In this document: piece by piece, positions 10,005-19,235 of the stretch
How the letters are laid out: the number at the start of each line of letters is the position of its first letter
Position numbering within the stretch: the stretch's first letter is position 1
Source of the DNA: Candidatus Latescibacterota bacterium
Lineage (GTDB): Bacteria; Latescibacterota; UBA2968
Length of the DNA: 64,000 bases
Assembly: GCA_965204745.1 (NCBI GenBank)
Contig: OZ242010.1
Coordinates: 5,088,001 to 5,152,000, forward strand
Direction of reading: 5' to 3'
Notes under the pieces: model-generated
Database searches by the model: none
Told to the model about the DNA's origin: nothing
Seen by the model: only the letters and a program-made list of their open reading frames with translations
Position numbers and translations under genes: made by a program

Positions 10005-13000
10005 AGATCGCCTCCTGTCGTCGATTCGCTTTTCCTTCTCAACCCCTCGCGCACCTGCTCGAGCGTGCGTTGTGCCTTCCCGAAATTCGGACGCAGGGCG
10101 AGGGCTTTTTCCAAATGCGGAACGGCTTCTCGCAACCTGCCTGCCTGTGCGAGTGCCGCGCCGAGGTCCGCATGCGTATCCGGTCTGTCGGGATGCAGGC
10201 GGATGGTCGCTCCGTAGTGGTGGATGGCTTCGTCCAAGCGCCCGAGCCTGTGCAGGGCCATCGCAATGCCGTTTTGCGACAGGGCATCGTGCGGGTGCAG
10301 GCGAATCGCCGCTCGGTAGTGGTCGACCGCCTCGTTCAAGCGCCCCGCGCGGTGAACCGCAACAGCGCGCCCGGTCAATGCACGCGCATCTGTGGGGTCG
10401 AGGCGCGAAACTCGGGCATAGTGTTTTTCCGCGTCTGCGAGACGCCCGAGTTGCATCATCGCATCGGCAAACAAGCGGTGGGCATCCACGTACTCGGGAA
10501 GCAGGCGAATCGCCTCGGCGCACAGGGTTGCGATCTGCACATGGTCACGCGCCGGGATGCGTTCAGACGCTTGGCGCACAAAAACCCGCGCCGCGATTTC
10601 CCGCAGATTTTTCTTTTGAATCGCGTCGATACGCGCATCCGCCTTCCCCGGTATCAACGCGCTGATCGGCTCGAGGTGATCCGCGAGCAGCTCTGCAAAC
10701 GCGCGTTCGTAACTCCGCGCATTTTGGGCCGATGCGTAGTCCAAAATCGGGCGATCATCCGAGTACACATCGACCTCCCCCGCGATCTCAACGAGGCCGA
10801 CAGGCCCCATCAGAAACCCTCCAAAAAAGACATGCGCTCGGTTGAGATAATGTTCCTCGCCGCCCCACTGGCTGTATTGGAGATCGACGAAAATTTCTTC
10901 GTCTGCAACCACCGGCTCGCGCAACGCGATGTCAAACGATTTCCCGGGCGTGCCGATGAGCAAAAGTTCGGACGTGTTGTACCACAACGCGCTCTGCGGA
11001 AAAACCGTCAGAAAACTGCGGACGAGGCCGCGAAATTGCGCGGGCGTCAAAAAGCGCAGGGGGACGAACTGCACGAGATACCCGCCCGGAAGCAGGCGTT
11101 GCCGCGCGTGCCGATAAAAGTCGACCGTGTACAAAAAGGCCACGCCCGGGCGGGAGACTTCGCCGAGTTCGAGCGAGATGATGTCGTAAGTCTCCGCGGT
11201 GTGGCGCAAGTAATTGCGTCCGTCCTCGGCGATGATTTGCACGCGCGGGTCGCGCATCCAGCCCGTCTCAAAGTGCTGCTGGATAAATGGAAAAAGCGCG
11301 GGTTCGATATCCACGCAGGCGAGTCGGTCGACGGGATACATGAGAAACCGGCTGGCGGTTTGGCCCGTGCCAATGCCCACGACCACGACGCGCTTGGGGT
11401 CGGGATGCAAAAGCATCGGGACATGCGCGCCCATGATCTGATGGGTCTTTTTTTGCCCGCCCTGCCACCAGCGGTCGATTTCGAGTTCGAGGTCCTCGCC
11501 GCGTTTCACAACCGCCATGTTCGCGCCATACCCCTCGCGGTACGCGATGAGATCGCGCCCTTCGCCGATGAAATCAGCGGGCAGTTGCGTTTGGGCAACC
11601 TGCGGAATGCCCAAGTAGATCGCAACGGCGACACCCGCGGCAAGGGTCTTGACCGCGCGGTATTTTCGATCGTACGCAAACCAAGCGGTGATGCCGATAA
11701 CGAGATTCGCGCCGGTGATGAACAGCAGGCTTTTTTCCAAGCCAAAAAAGGGGAGACCGATAAACCCGATCAACAGCGAACCCAAAATGCCGCCGAGGGT
11801 GTTGACGGCGATCAAGTTGCCGGCCACTCGCGCCGCGCGTTCCGCATGTCGGGTGGATAAGCGCATCGCAAGGGGAAACGCCGCGCCACTCAACGCAGCC
11901 GGCGGCAGCAAGACGGCAACGTAGATGTACAACTCGTCGCCCAAGCCGCGCCACGCTTCGGGCGAAAGCATCAGCAACCCGAGCGCGAGGAGCCCCGTCG
12001 CCACCTGAAACGCGCCAAAATAACGCGCCCGCGATTGTGTTTTGTCCGAGAACCGAGCCGCGAGCACACTGCCGAGCACCAAGCCGAGCAACGCGATGCC
12101 GAGCGCGAGCGTATAGGTATAGACCGTATTGCTGATGAGCAGGCCGAGATAGCGCGCCCACAGCACTTCTGCGCCGAGCGCGACAAACCCCACGCCAAAA
12201 AAGAGCGCGCCAGTCATTCTGCTGCCCCGTTCCACCCCGACCTGTTGCGAGGCGTGCGGGAGCGGTGCATCTCGTTGGGCAATCGCCCGCACGACCAGGC
12301 CGCTCAGGATATTGCACGCAACGCCGATATAAACCGTGCCGCGGAGGCCCAGGTCCGGAAGCAAAACGAATCCCGCGACCACACAACCCAATGCCGCGCC
12401 CAGCGTATTGACGCCGTAGAGCAGGCCCACAGCACGCGCTAATTTGTCCTTGTTGCGCGCGTACTGCCGGCAATAAAGCGGTAAGGTCCCGCCCATGAGA
12501 ACCGTAGGCGGCAAGATGACGCAGGCGACGAGCAACAAGCGCACGGCAAAGCGGAGCGCGGGGGCATCGGTCAATATCCGATACGCGCCGCCGTAGAGCG
12601 CGTCCGCGAGGTCAAAGGCATAAGGGCTTAGTAGCGCGAGGAGGCCGAGGCCGATCTCCACATGTGCAAAGAGGACGAGCGGGCGGTCGGTGCGTTGCCC
12701 AATGCGTCCAAACAGGTACGCGCCCAGGGCGAGGCCCAAAAAGAAGACCGCCAAAACCGCGCTGACCCCAAATGTGGTCGAGCCAAACAAGAGCGCGGCC
12801 TGCCGGATCCACGCGACTTCGTATACCAACCCGGCAAATCCCGACAAAAAAAAACAGACCAGCGCGATCAAACGCTGCGCGGTTGGCGTCAATTTTCCGG
12901 TGCGTTGGCTCATATTGTCGGCGTCGGGGTGATGCGCGGGCGTTTGCCCGGTTGCATGCAGTTGGGATGGCCCAATGTGGTGTTGAGGACCCGCAGGCGA

Positions 13001-13021
13001 TTTTTTTTTGTTTTTTGACAA
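10001..13021 (-). CDS. Fused MFS-like membrane / spermidine synthase-like domain / TPR protein
   Basis: FFLSGFAGLVYEVAW, LYGVNTLGA, VGIGTGQTA, EDGRNYL, C-terminal TPRs; start uncertain (13021 or 12913). Confidence 0.88.
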   Translation of the reverse strand: MSKNKKKSPAGPQHHIGPSQLHATGQTPAHHPDADNMSQRTGKLTPTAQRLIALVCFFLSGFAGLVYEVAWIRQAALLFGSTTFGVSAVLAVFFLGLALGAYLFGRIGQRTDRPLVLFAHVEIGLGLLALLSPYAFDLADALYGGAYRILTDAPALRFAVRLLLVACVILPPTVLMGGTLPLYCRQYARNKDKLARAVGLLYGVNTLGAALGCVVAGFVLLPDLGLRGTVYIGVACNILSGLVVRAIAQRDAPLPHASQQVGVERGSRMTGALFFGVGFVALGAEVLWARYLGLLISNTVYTYTLALGIALLGLVLGSVLAARFSDKTQSRARYFGAFQVATGLLALGLLMLSPEAWRGLGDELYIYVAVLLPPAALSGAAFPLAMRLSTRHAERAARVAGNLIAVNTLGGILGSLLIGFIGLPFFGLEKSLLFITGANLVIGITAWFAYDRKYRAVKTLAAGVAVAIYLGIPQVAQTQLPADFIGEGRDLIAYREGYGANMAVVKRGEDLELEIDRWWQGGQKKTHQIMGAHVPMLLHPDPKRVVVVGIGTGQTASRFLMYPVDRLACVDIEPALFPFIQQHFETGWMRDPRVQIIAEDGRNYLRHTAETYDIISLELGEVSRPGVAFLYTVDFYRHARQRLLPGGYLVQFVPLRFLTPAQFRGLVRSFLTVFPQSALWYNTSELLLIGTPGKSFDIALREPVVADEEIFVDLQYSQWGGEEHYLNRAHVFFGGFLMGPVGLVEIAGEVDVYSDDRPILDYASAQNARSYERAFAELLADHLEPISALIPGKADARIDAIQKKNLREIAARVFVRQASERIPARDHVQIATLCAEAIRLLPEYVDAHRLFADAMMQLGRLADAEKHYARVSRLDPTDARALTGRAVAVHRAGRLNEAVDHYRAAIRLHPHDALSQNGIAMALHRLGRLDEAIHHYGATIRLHPDRPDTHADLGAALAQAGRLREAVPHLEKALALRPNFGKAQRTLEQVREGLRRKSESTTGGDL

Positions 13022-13184
13022 ATTGCGGTGCTATGCGGTTGCCGTCAAACTCTTTTTCTTTTTTTCAGCCGCACGCGACGAGGGGTATTGTGGCGCGAGT
13101 TTGGGAATCCGCATTTGATTTTGCCCTGAACGAGCGGTATATTGAGCGGCGACACGACGACAATCACGCGGCAAGGAGCAAAAC

Positions 13185-14276
13185 ATGTTCAAAATGCACG
13201 AGATTGACAACGACATTCGCAGCGCGTATGGCATGGCGGTTGCCGATGTGACCGGGAATGGGATGATGGATATTGTGGTGGGATCCACCGGGATTTCGAT
13301 GATCGCCTTGTACGAAGGCCCGGGGTTTGAGAAGCGGGTAATTTCAGAAGCGCATCCCGGCACCATCGCCCTGGCCGTGTGCGACGTAACCGGCAATGGT
13401 CAAAACGACGTGATTGCAGGGAGCGGCTTTGGGCGCAGGCAACGCATGCCATCCGAGTATTTGCACTGGTTTCAAGCCCCTGAACGCGGGGGTGTTTGGA
13501 CGCAGCATTTCATCGACTGGGTGCCCTATTTGCACCGCATTGCGATAGTGAATATCAACGGGCAACCCCTGCTGTTCGTCGCCACCTTGCAAGGGCAAGG
13601 GCGCCATCTCGACGATTTTGACGCGCCCGGCGCCTTGTGGTGCTACCGCGTGCCGCAAGACCCCATGCACGAGACATGGGAAAAGCGGTTGATCGACGGG
13701 CATATCAAACTCAACCACGGCTTGAGCGTGTGCGATGTGGATGGCGACGGGCGTCCGGATTTGTTGCTCGGTGCGCGCAGTGGCCTGCTCTGGTTCGAGC
13801 CACCCCACGGGGATGGATTCGCGGGCCATTGGCAACGGTGGACTATCAGCCCTCGGGAAAGCAGCGAGACATTTGCCGCAGATATAGATGGGGATGGCGT
13901 CAACGAGGTGTTGTCGATAGAGCCGTGGCACGGCCATGAACTCGTGTGGTACAAAGCCGCGGGCGACATTCGCACAGGCGCGTGGGAACGGCGGGTAATC
14001 AGCGACAAACTCAACCGCGGGCATTCCCTGTGGTGCGGCGACATAGACGGCGACAATGCACGGGAAGTCCTCGCGGGCTACAATGGCCCGGGCACGGCCC
14101 TCAACATCTATCGCCCAGAGAACTTAGACGCGAACACCTGGCACATCTCGCAAATCGACGACCACATTGGCATGGGACAAATGGCCGTCGTCGATCTCAA
14201 CGCCGACGGCAAACTGGACATCGCAGCAAGCGGTATGTCAACAGGCAATGTGCGGTGGTACGAACAAAGGAGGTGA
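13185..14276 (+). CDS. FG-GAP/VCBS beta-propeller, aldos-2-ulose dehydratase-like
   Basis: Repeated DxxGxG..D motifs, YLHR, NHGL, EPWHGH, GHSL; RBS AAGGAG; no signal peptide. Confidence 0.8.
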   Translation: MFKMHEIDNDIRSAYGMAVADVTGNGMMDIVVGSTGISMIALYEGPGFEKRVISEAHPGTIALAVCDVTGNGQNDVIAGSGFGRRQRMPSEYLHWFQAPERGGVWTQHFIDWVPYLHRIAIVNINGQPLLFVATLQGQGRHLDDFDAPGALWCYRVPQDPMHETWEKRLIDGHIKLNHGLSVCDVDGDGRPDLLLGARSGLLWFEPPHGDGFAGHWQRWTISPRESSETFAADIDGDGVNEVLSIEPWHGHELVWYKAAGDIRTGAWERRVISDKLNRGHSLWCGDIDGDNAREVLAGYNGPGTALNIYRPENLDANTWHISQIDDHIGMGQMAVVDLNADGKLDIAASGMSTGNVRWYEQRR

Positions 14277-14718
14277 CTGTGGCTGAGCGGATTGATTTCC
14301 GAGGTTATACCAAATTGATCTTCTGTTGACCTAATGTGATTCGATCTGCTACCAGCGATTGATCCCTTGAGGTTACACATTCATTCAAAAAAGCCATCGC
14401 ACCCCTGCCATCGCAAAAGCCCATCAGCTAAAGCCATCACGCACAGCGCGCAAGTCCGTCTCGCAACCCACATCCATTATGCAACTCACTTTGCAGGCTG
14501 ACTCATGTCGTGCGATTACAAAAGCGCTTTGCGCTGTGCTAGCCCCTCGGCGTTTGAGAGCGGCATTTTTTGCTTACTTTTTTTTGCTGTTGAAAAAAAG
14601 TAGGTCGCCGAAGGCATCGGAGGCAACCAACAATGCTTTAGGGCCAAACGCTCAAGCACCGCATGAGTCTGTTCCTCATTCCTTGATGTGCGGTGGTACG
14701 AACAAAGGAGGTGACTGT
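14248..14718. repeat. 33-bp perfect direct repeat (14248-14280, 14686-14718) enclosing a dispersed repeat
   Basis: ATGTGCGGTGGTACGAACAAAGGAGGTGACTGT twice. Confidence 0.95.
14391..14652. repeat. Dispersed 260-290 bp non-coding repeat, copy 1
   Basis: Aligns with 25034-25321 including TTTTTTTGCTGTTGAAAAAAAGTAGGTCGCCGAAGGCATCGGAGGCAACCAAC. Confidence 0.9.
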
Positions 14719-14741
14719 TGAGATTGCGAGAGGCAATATTG

Positions 14742-14778
14742 AAAGGCTTTATGGCTGATTCCATAAAGCCTTTTTTTT
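14742..14778. terminator. Bidirectional intrinsic terminator
   Basis: AAAGGCTTTATGG-CTGATT-CCATAAAGCCTTT plus T-tract. Confidence 0.75.
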
Positions 14779-16555
14779 ACCAAAAACTGGCAAATCCCGT
14801 TTGGTCGAGGCGGCGTTTCACGCGCTGGAGTTTTCGCGTTGTGCGGGGATAGGTGGGATCGCAAAATGCGATGAGGCGGTCGAGCAACTCGGCGAGTTCA
14901 TCGCCCGCGCCAGACAGACGCGGCAGAATTTTTTGCAGAATTTGATAGTCGAAAGCGTCGTTGGGCGCGAACCCGGGCGCGGACGAGGGCAACCCGTCGA
15001 TGAGATCGAGGGCATACGCCATGTAGATGAGAATTTCGTCGCGAATGCGATACCCAAAATGCAGGTCTTCTTCGACGAGGATCGCGTTGAGTTCTCGCAA
15101 GGGTTTGTTCCAAGCCGTGACCTCACTGCGCTGGCGAATGTCTTCCAACTGGCGATAGGGCCGGTCGATCAGGGCCGAGCCGAGATCGCGCAGGGCGGCC
15201 GAATCGATTTGCGCGTCCGGATCAGCGTCCGACAACGCGAGGTCAACCCGGTCAAATGCCACGGTATTTGCGCGGTCGAGCACTTTGGGGCTAAACGCAT
15301 ACGTGGTCTCGTCCATGTTGACCGTGCCCGCAACAAAAAAATTGGGCGGAATCGGCACCTGCGCGGGCAGGTCGCCCAAGTCGTCTGACAATACGCTATC
15401 GCGCCCGGGCGCGAGGTCAATCGGATCCGTCGTCCACGCGCCGTCCGGCGTGCGTCTGGCCGTTTCCATGATGCTCAAAAAATCGGCAAAATAATGCTCC
15501 ACGCGGGCGAGATTCATTTCGTCCAAACACACGAAATAGGGACGCCCCGGATCGGCCTGAGCTTCGCGCAGTGCCCGAAGCAAGGCGCCGGGGCGGAACG
15601 TGCCCGCGAGCAAATTTTCAAACCCGAGCAAATCGCGCACATCATTCCAATCCGGGCGCACGGGAATGAGGCGATACCCCTTGGCGCGCCCATTGTCGAG
15701 GCCATTGAGCGCCTCGGCGATGAGGCGAATCACCGTGCTTTTCCCGGTTCCGGAGATGCCCGCGAGAATGAGAAAGGGTTTGGTTTTCAAACAGAGGTAG
15801 AGGTTGAACAACATCCCGGGTTCAATGTGAAAATTTTTCAGCGCGATAAACCGGTGCAAGTCGCACAAAAGTTCGGCCTCGGCAGGCGCGAGCGCGTCTT
15901 TGACCACGCCTTCTTCTGCCGGATCGGGCACGTATTCCAAGCGGTGTTCCGCAGCATGAGCGCGGGCTTCTGTAAATACGGCGTAGAGCGCGTAGAGGTC
16001 CGCGAACACCGTTTGAACATCGTCCATGAGGCTTGGACGTGCGGCCTCTTCAACCGTGAGAATGCGACCGACAAACAGGGACCGGTCAACGCCCTCGAGT
16101 TTGGACGGCGACCACAACACAGACTGACCGGGGGATTCCGCGATGATGTCCCCGGCAAAACAGCGATAACCCTTGCGCGGCACCAACCCGCGAAACCTCT
16201 TGCGGTCCGCTATCGCAACGCGCATGGCCTCGGCCGTCCACCACCCCGAATAAAAACCGATGGCGAGCGAACCGCGATGCAAATAGACGCCCAACTGCGG
16301 CAACCGGGGAAACGGACTCTTTTTGAGCGCGCGATCCACAAAATAGAGACACGCGTGATCCCGCGGGCGATTGGGATTGGGGCGAAACCCAACCGTCGCG
16401 TAGATGGGCGAGACAATAGCGGTGAGGTCCGGATGCTGTTCGATCAGCCCAGGTTCTATCAACTCGCGCAGATCTTGCATGCGACCATGCAAATGCTCGG
16501 CCCCAATGCGCGTGCCATTGCAGGCGAGAAAATCGTTGGGAGAGAAAGAGAACAT
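14777..16555 (-). CDS. McrB-like AAA+ NTPase with N-terminal putative recognition domain
   Basis: GISGTGKST, VRPDW.D..DLLG, LDEMNLARVEHYFADFLS, GTVNMDETT..FSPKVLDRA, QKILPRL, TGFASFW. Confidence 0.92.
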   Translation of the reverse strand: MFSFSPNDFLACNGTRIGAEHLHGRMQDLRELIEPGLIEQHPDLTAIVSPIYATVGFRPNPNRPRDHACLYFVDRALKKSPFPRLPQLGVYLHRGSLAIGFYSGWWTAEAMRVAIADRKRFRGLVPRKGYRCFAGDIIAESPGQSVLWSPSKLEGVDRSLFVGRILTVEEAARPSLMDDVQTVFADLYALYAVFTEARAHAAEHRLEYVPDPAEEGVVKDALAPAEAELLCDLHRFIALKNFHIEPGMLFNLYLCLKTKPFLILAGISGTGKSTVIRLIAEALNGLDNGRAKGYRLIPVRPDWNDVRDLLGFENLLAGTFRPGALLRALREAQADPGRPYFVCLDEMNLARVEHYFADFLSIMETARRTPDGAWTTDPIDLAPGRDSVLSDDLGDLPAQVPIPPNFFVAGTVNMDETTYAFSPKVLDRANTVAFDRVDLALSDADPDAQIDSAALRDLGSALIDRPYRQLEDIRQRSEVTAWNKPLRELNAILVEEDLHFGYRIRDEILIYMAYALDLIDGLPSSAPGFAPNDAFDYQILQKILPRLSGAGDELAELLDRLIAFCDPTYPRTTRKLQRVKRRLDQTGFASFW

Positions 16556-16643
16556 GAGAGGTGAGATGGAAGTTTAGCCACGAGCGGGGTACAACTGGCG
16601 ATAGCTAGTTCAAAGGCGAGCGATATATGTAGGGACAGGCCCC
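16555..16643. repeat. Hairpin cassette repeat plus partial GTAGGGACAGGCCCC REP
   Basis: GAGATGGAAGTTTAGCCACGAGCGGGGTACAACTGGCGATAGCTAGTTCAAAGGCGAG. Confidence 0.85.
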
Positions 16644-16907
16644 AAACCCATTTTATCCGCGTCTGGCATCAACCCCATTTTCAACTACGCGAACAGTAGG
16701 GACGGGTTGAAGTGTTCCAGTATATAGGCCAACCAAAAATCAATTTGGCATGGAGTGAGAAGGCCGCGCACCCCGCTCCGTTGCTCCATGTACCCAATGG
16801 GATAGCGGGGAACGGGAACACCTTTGGACAAATGATACGCGAAAAAAAACCATTGGCAAGAAATAGTTGGTATAAGGGTGAGATAGCAGACGCAAGATGG
16901 GAGTTTA

Positions 16908-17432
16908 GGTTGTGTTGACATTTCATTTTTTGACGTTATGCACAGAGTAGCAAATGTGTTGCTTGCTCATTTAAGGCGTTTGGTCCTTTGATGGCTTATA
17001 TCTCTGATTGCTCTGATGGCGTTGCGCGAGGGGACCTATCCCCCGGCCCCTTTCCTACGAGGAAAGGGGAGTAAAGCTCCTTTGATGGCTTCCAGCTCTG
17101 GTTGCTCTGATGGCATTGACCGAGGGCATAAAGCGATTAAAAATCCCTCTCACCATCCCCTCGTAAAACCTATCCGCGTTCCCCCCTTCTTCGCAGGAAG
17201 GGGGGTTAGGGGGGTAGGTCCCCCTCGCAAAACCGCTCACAGTTCCCCCTTCCTCACAGGCACAGGCGTAGCCTACAACGAAGCGCAGCGAGTAACGGGG
17301 GTTAGGGGGTTAGGTCCCGATAAGGAGCGACTATTCTAGGTTCTCAAACCGAGAGCATATTCTGCGATAGGGCTTGATTTTTTCGATAAGCCGCCCCATT
17401 CAGTTGCATGGCTCGCAAATGTCAACACAACC
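16908..17432. mobile_element. MITE, 525 bp, 16-bp perfect TIRs, TA on both flanks
   Basis: GGTTGTGTTGACATTT (16908-16923) / AAATGTCAACACAACC (17417-17432); TA at 16906-07 and 17433-34; no credible ORF. Confidence 0.88.
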
Positions 17433-17460
17433 TAGCGGTCATGTCCAAGTGTTCAACAAC

Positions 17461-17498
17461 AAAAAAAACGGCCTCTCTCTTGAGAAGCCGTTTTTTTT
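17461..17498. terminator. Bidirectional intrinsic terminator
   Basis: A8-CGGC.TCTC...GAGA.GCCG-T8. Confidence 0.8.
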
Positions 17499-17516
17499 AT
17501 GCGTGGAATACGTGGT

Positions 17517-18926
17517 TTAATGGAACACCACCATCTTTGTCTCTGTCATTTCCTCCACCGCGTATTTCGGGCCTTCCTTGCCCATGCCGCTCTCCTTCAG
17601 CCCGCCGTAGGGCATCAGATCGGCGCGCCACTGCGTGCCCCAGTTGACGTGGATATTGCCCGACTCCACCTGTCGCGCAAACTGCATGGCCCAGTGGATA
17701 TTCTCGGTGAACAACGCCGCGCTCAAACCGTAATTCGTATCATTGGCCATGGTAATCGCAGCGTCAATATCGTCAAACCGCGTGATCCCCACCGCAGGGC
17801 CAAACAATTCATCGCACGAAATTTTCATATCCGGATCCACATCGGCCAGGATGGTCGCCTGATGAATCGCCCCATCGCGCTCTCCTCCGGTCACGAGACG
17901 CGCGCCAGAACGCACCGCATCTCGAATCCAATCCTGCACGCGCTCCGCATCGCGCTCTCGCACCATCGGCCCCATCGTCACGCCATCGGCAATGGGATTG
18001 CCCGTGGTCAATGCCTCGACCTTGGGCCGCAACGCGTCGATAAAATCGCCATACACCGCATCGTTGACCATCACCCGCTGTGCCGAAATACACACCTGCC
18101 CGGCATTGGCAAAACCCGTCGTTGCGGTCGCGGCGGCCACCTGATCCAAATCCGCGTCTGGCATCACGATCAAAGGCGCGTTAGAACCCAACTCCATCGT
18201 CACCTTCTTCAAACCCGCCATGTGGCAAATCTGCTCGCCCACGTCCCGGCTACCCGTAAAACTGATCTTTCGCACGCGCCCATCGGCACACAGGGCTTCG
18301 CCCAATGAACTCCCCGGCCCGGTAATGCACTGCACCGCCTCTGCGGGCACGCCGGCCTCCACCAAGATCTCGATCAGTTTCAGCGCGGAAAGCGGCGTAT
18401 CCGTTGCGGGCTTCACGATCACCGAATTGCCCGCAGCCAGGGCCGGCCCCACTTTGTGACACACCAAATTGAGCGGAAAATTAAACGGCGTAATCGCCAA
18501 CACCACCCCGCATGGCACGCGCAACGTAAAGCCAAACTGATCGCGCACCCCCGACCCGCCATCCAGCGGAATGGTCTCGCCGTACAACCGCTTGGCCTCT
18601 TCGGCAGACAGGGTCATGGTCTCAATCGCACGCGTGGCCTCGCCAATGCCTTCGGACAGCACCTTGCCTTCTTCCAGCGTAATTGTGCGCCCCAAATCCT
18701 CGACCCGTTCGCCCATCAGATCCACGGCGCGATGCAAAATCTCATACCGCTCATACGCCGTCAAATTCGCCATCGCTTTGGCCCCGCGCACCGCAGACGC
18801 AATCGCGGCATCCGCATCTGCGGCATCGCTCATCGGCACGGTATCCACCACCGAATTGTCAAACGGATTGATCACATCGATCTTTTCCGCCTTGTCCACC
18901 CAGCGCCCCCCGAGATACATCTTCAC
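17517..18926 (-). CDS. Aldehyde dehydrogenase family protein
   Basis: ITPFNFP, FTGS, MELGSN, GQVCIS, ELFGP, PYGG.KESG.GKEG; GTG start with RBS AAGGAGG. Confidence 0.96.
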   Translation of the reverse strand: MKMYLGGRWVDKAEKIDVINPFDNSVVDTVPMSDAADADAAIASAVRGAKAMANLTAYERYEILHRAVDLMGERVEDLGRTITLEEGKVLSEGIGEATRAIETMTLSAEEAKRLYGETIPLDGGSGVRDQFGFTLRVPCGVVLAITPFNFPLNLVCHKVGPALAAGNSVIVKPATDTPLSALKLIEILVEAGVPAEAVQCITGPGSSLGEALCADGRVRKISFTGSRDVGEQICHMAGLKKVTMELGSNAPLIVMPDADLDQVAAATATTGFANAGQVCISAQRVMVNDAVYGDFIDALRPKVEALTTGNPIADGVTMGPMVRERDAERVQDWIRDAVRSGARLVTGGERDGAIHQATILADVDPDMKISCDELFGPAVGITRFDDIDAAITMANDTNYGLSAALFTENIHWAMQFARQVESGNIHVNWGTQWRADLMPYGGLKESGMGKEGPKYAVEEMTETKMVVFH

Positions 18927-19039
18927 GGCAAACCTCCTTGAATCAGTTAAAAACGACATTCGCATTCATCATGCACAGCACCGCGTCACAAGTCAACAAA
19001 ATTCATCTCTCGGAAAAACGCCAGCCACGAGATGCAAGG

Positions 19040-19187
19040 TGAGAGGTGAGAGGCAAGACGGGAGAAGACCTACACTCACTGCTCGCCTTTGAACGGGCTA
19101 TCGCTAGTTGTACCCCTTTTGTGCCTTTTGTGTTTTTGTGGCAAATCGCTTTTGCATTTCTTCGGCAGGCACGGGGGCCTATCCCTA
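19040..19187. repeat. Composite heptamer/hairpin repeat plus REP-like GGCAGGCACGGGGGCCTATCCCTAC
   Basis: Matches the 2376-2450 and 23248-23273 families. Confidence 0.8.
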
Positions 19188-19235
19188 CGGGTCTTGTTTT
19201 TGCCTTTTTTTGTGGCGCATCGCTTTTATCCGCAT

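Noticed and set aside
10005-10523. N-terminal extension of the PL6 ORF
   Set aside because: Overlaps the TPR gene out of frame; an RBS and GTGA coupling support the start at 10004
9980-11860. 626-aa plus-strand ORF and similar long antisense ORFs (25559-26986, 46095-47456, 62782-63756)
   Set aside because: Shadows of well-supported genes in GC-rich DNA; no motifs
14248-14718. Diversity-generating retroelement TR/VR pair
   Set aside because: Repeat is short and identical, with no adenine-specific differences and no reverse transcriptase in the window
16681-16926. Short ORFs between the McrB-like gene and the MITE as a partner gene
   Set aside because: No RBS or nuclease motif; they start or end inside the MITE TIR
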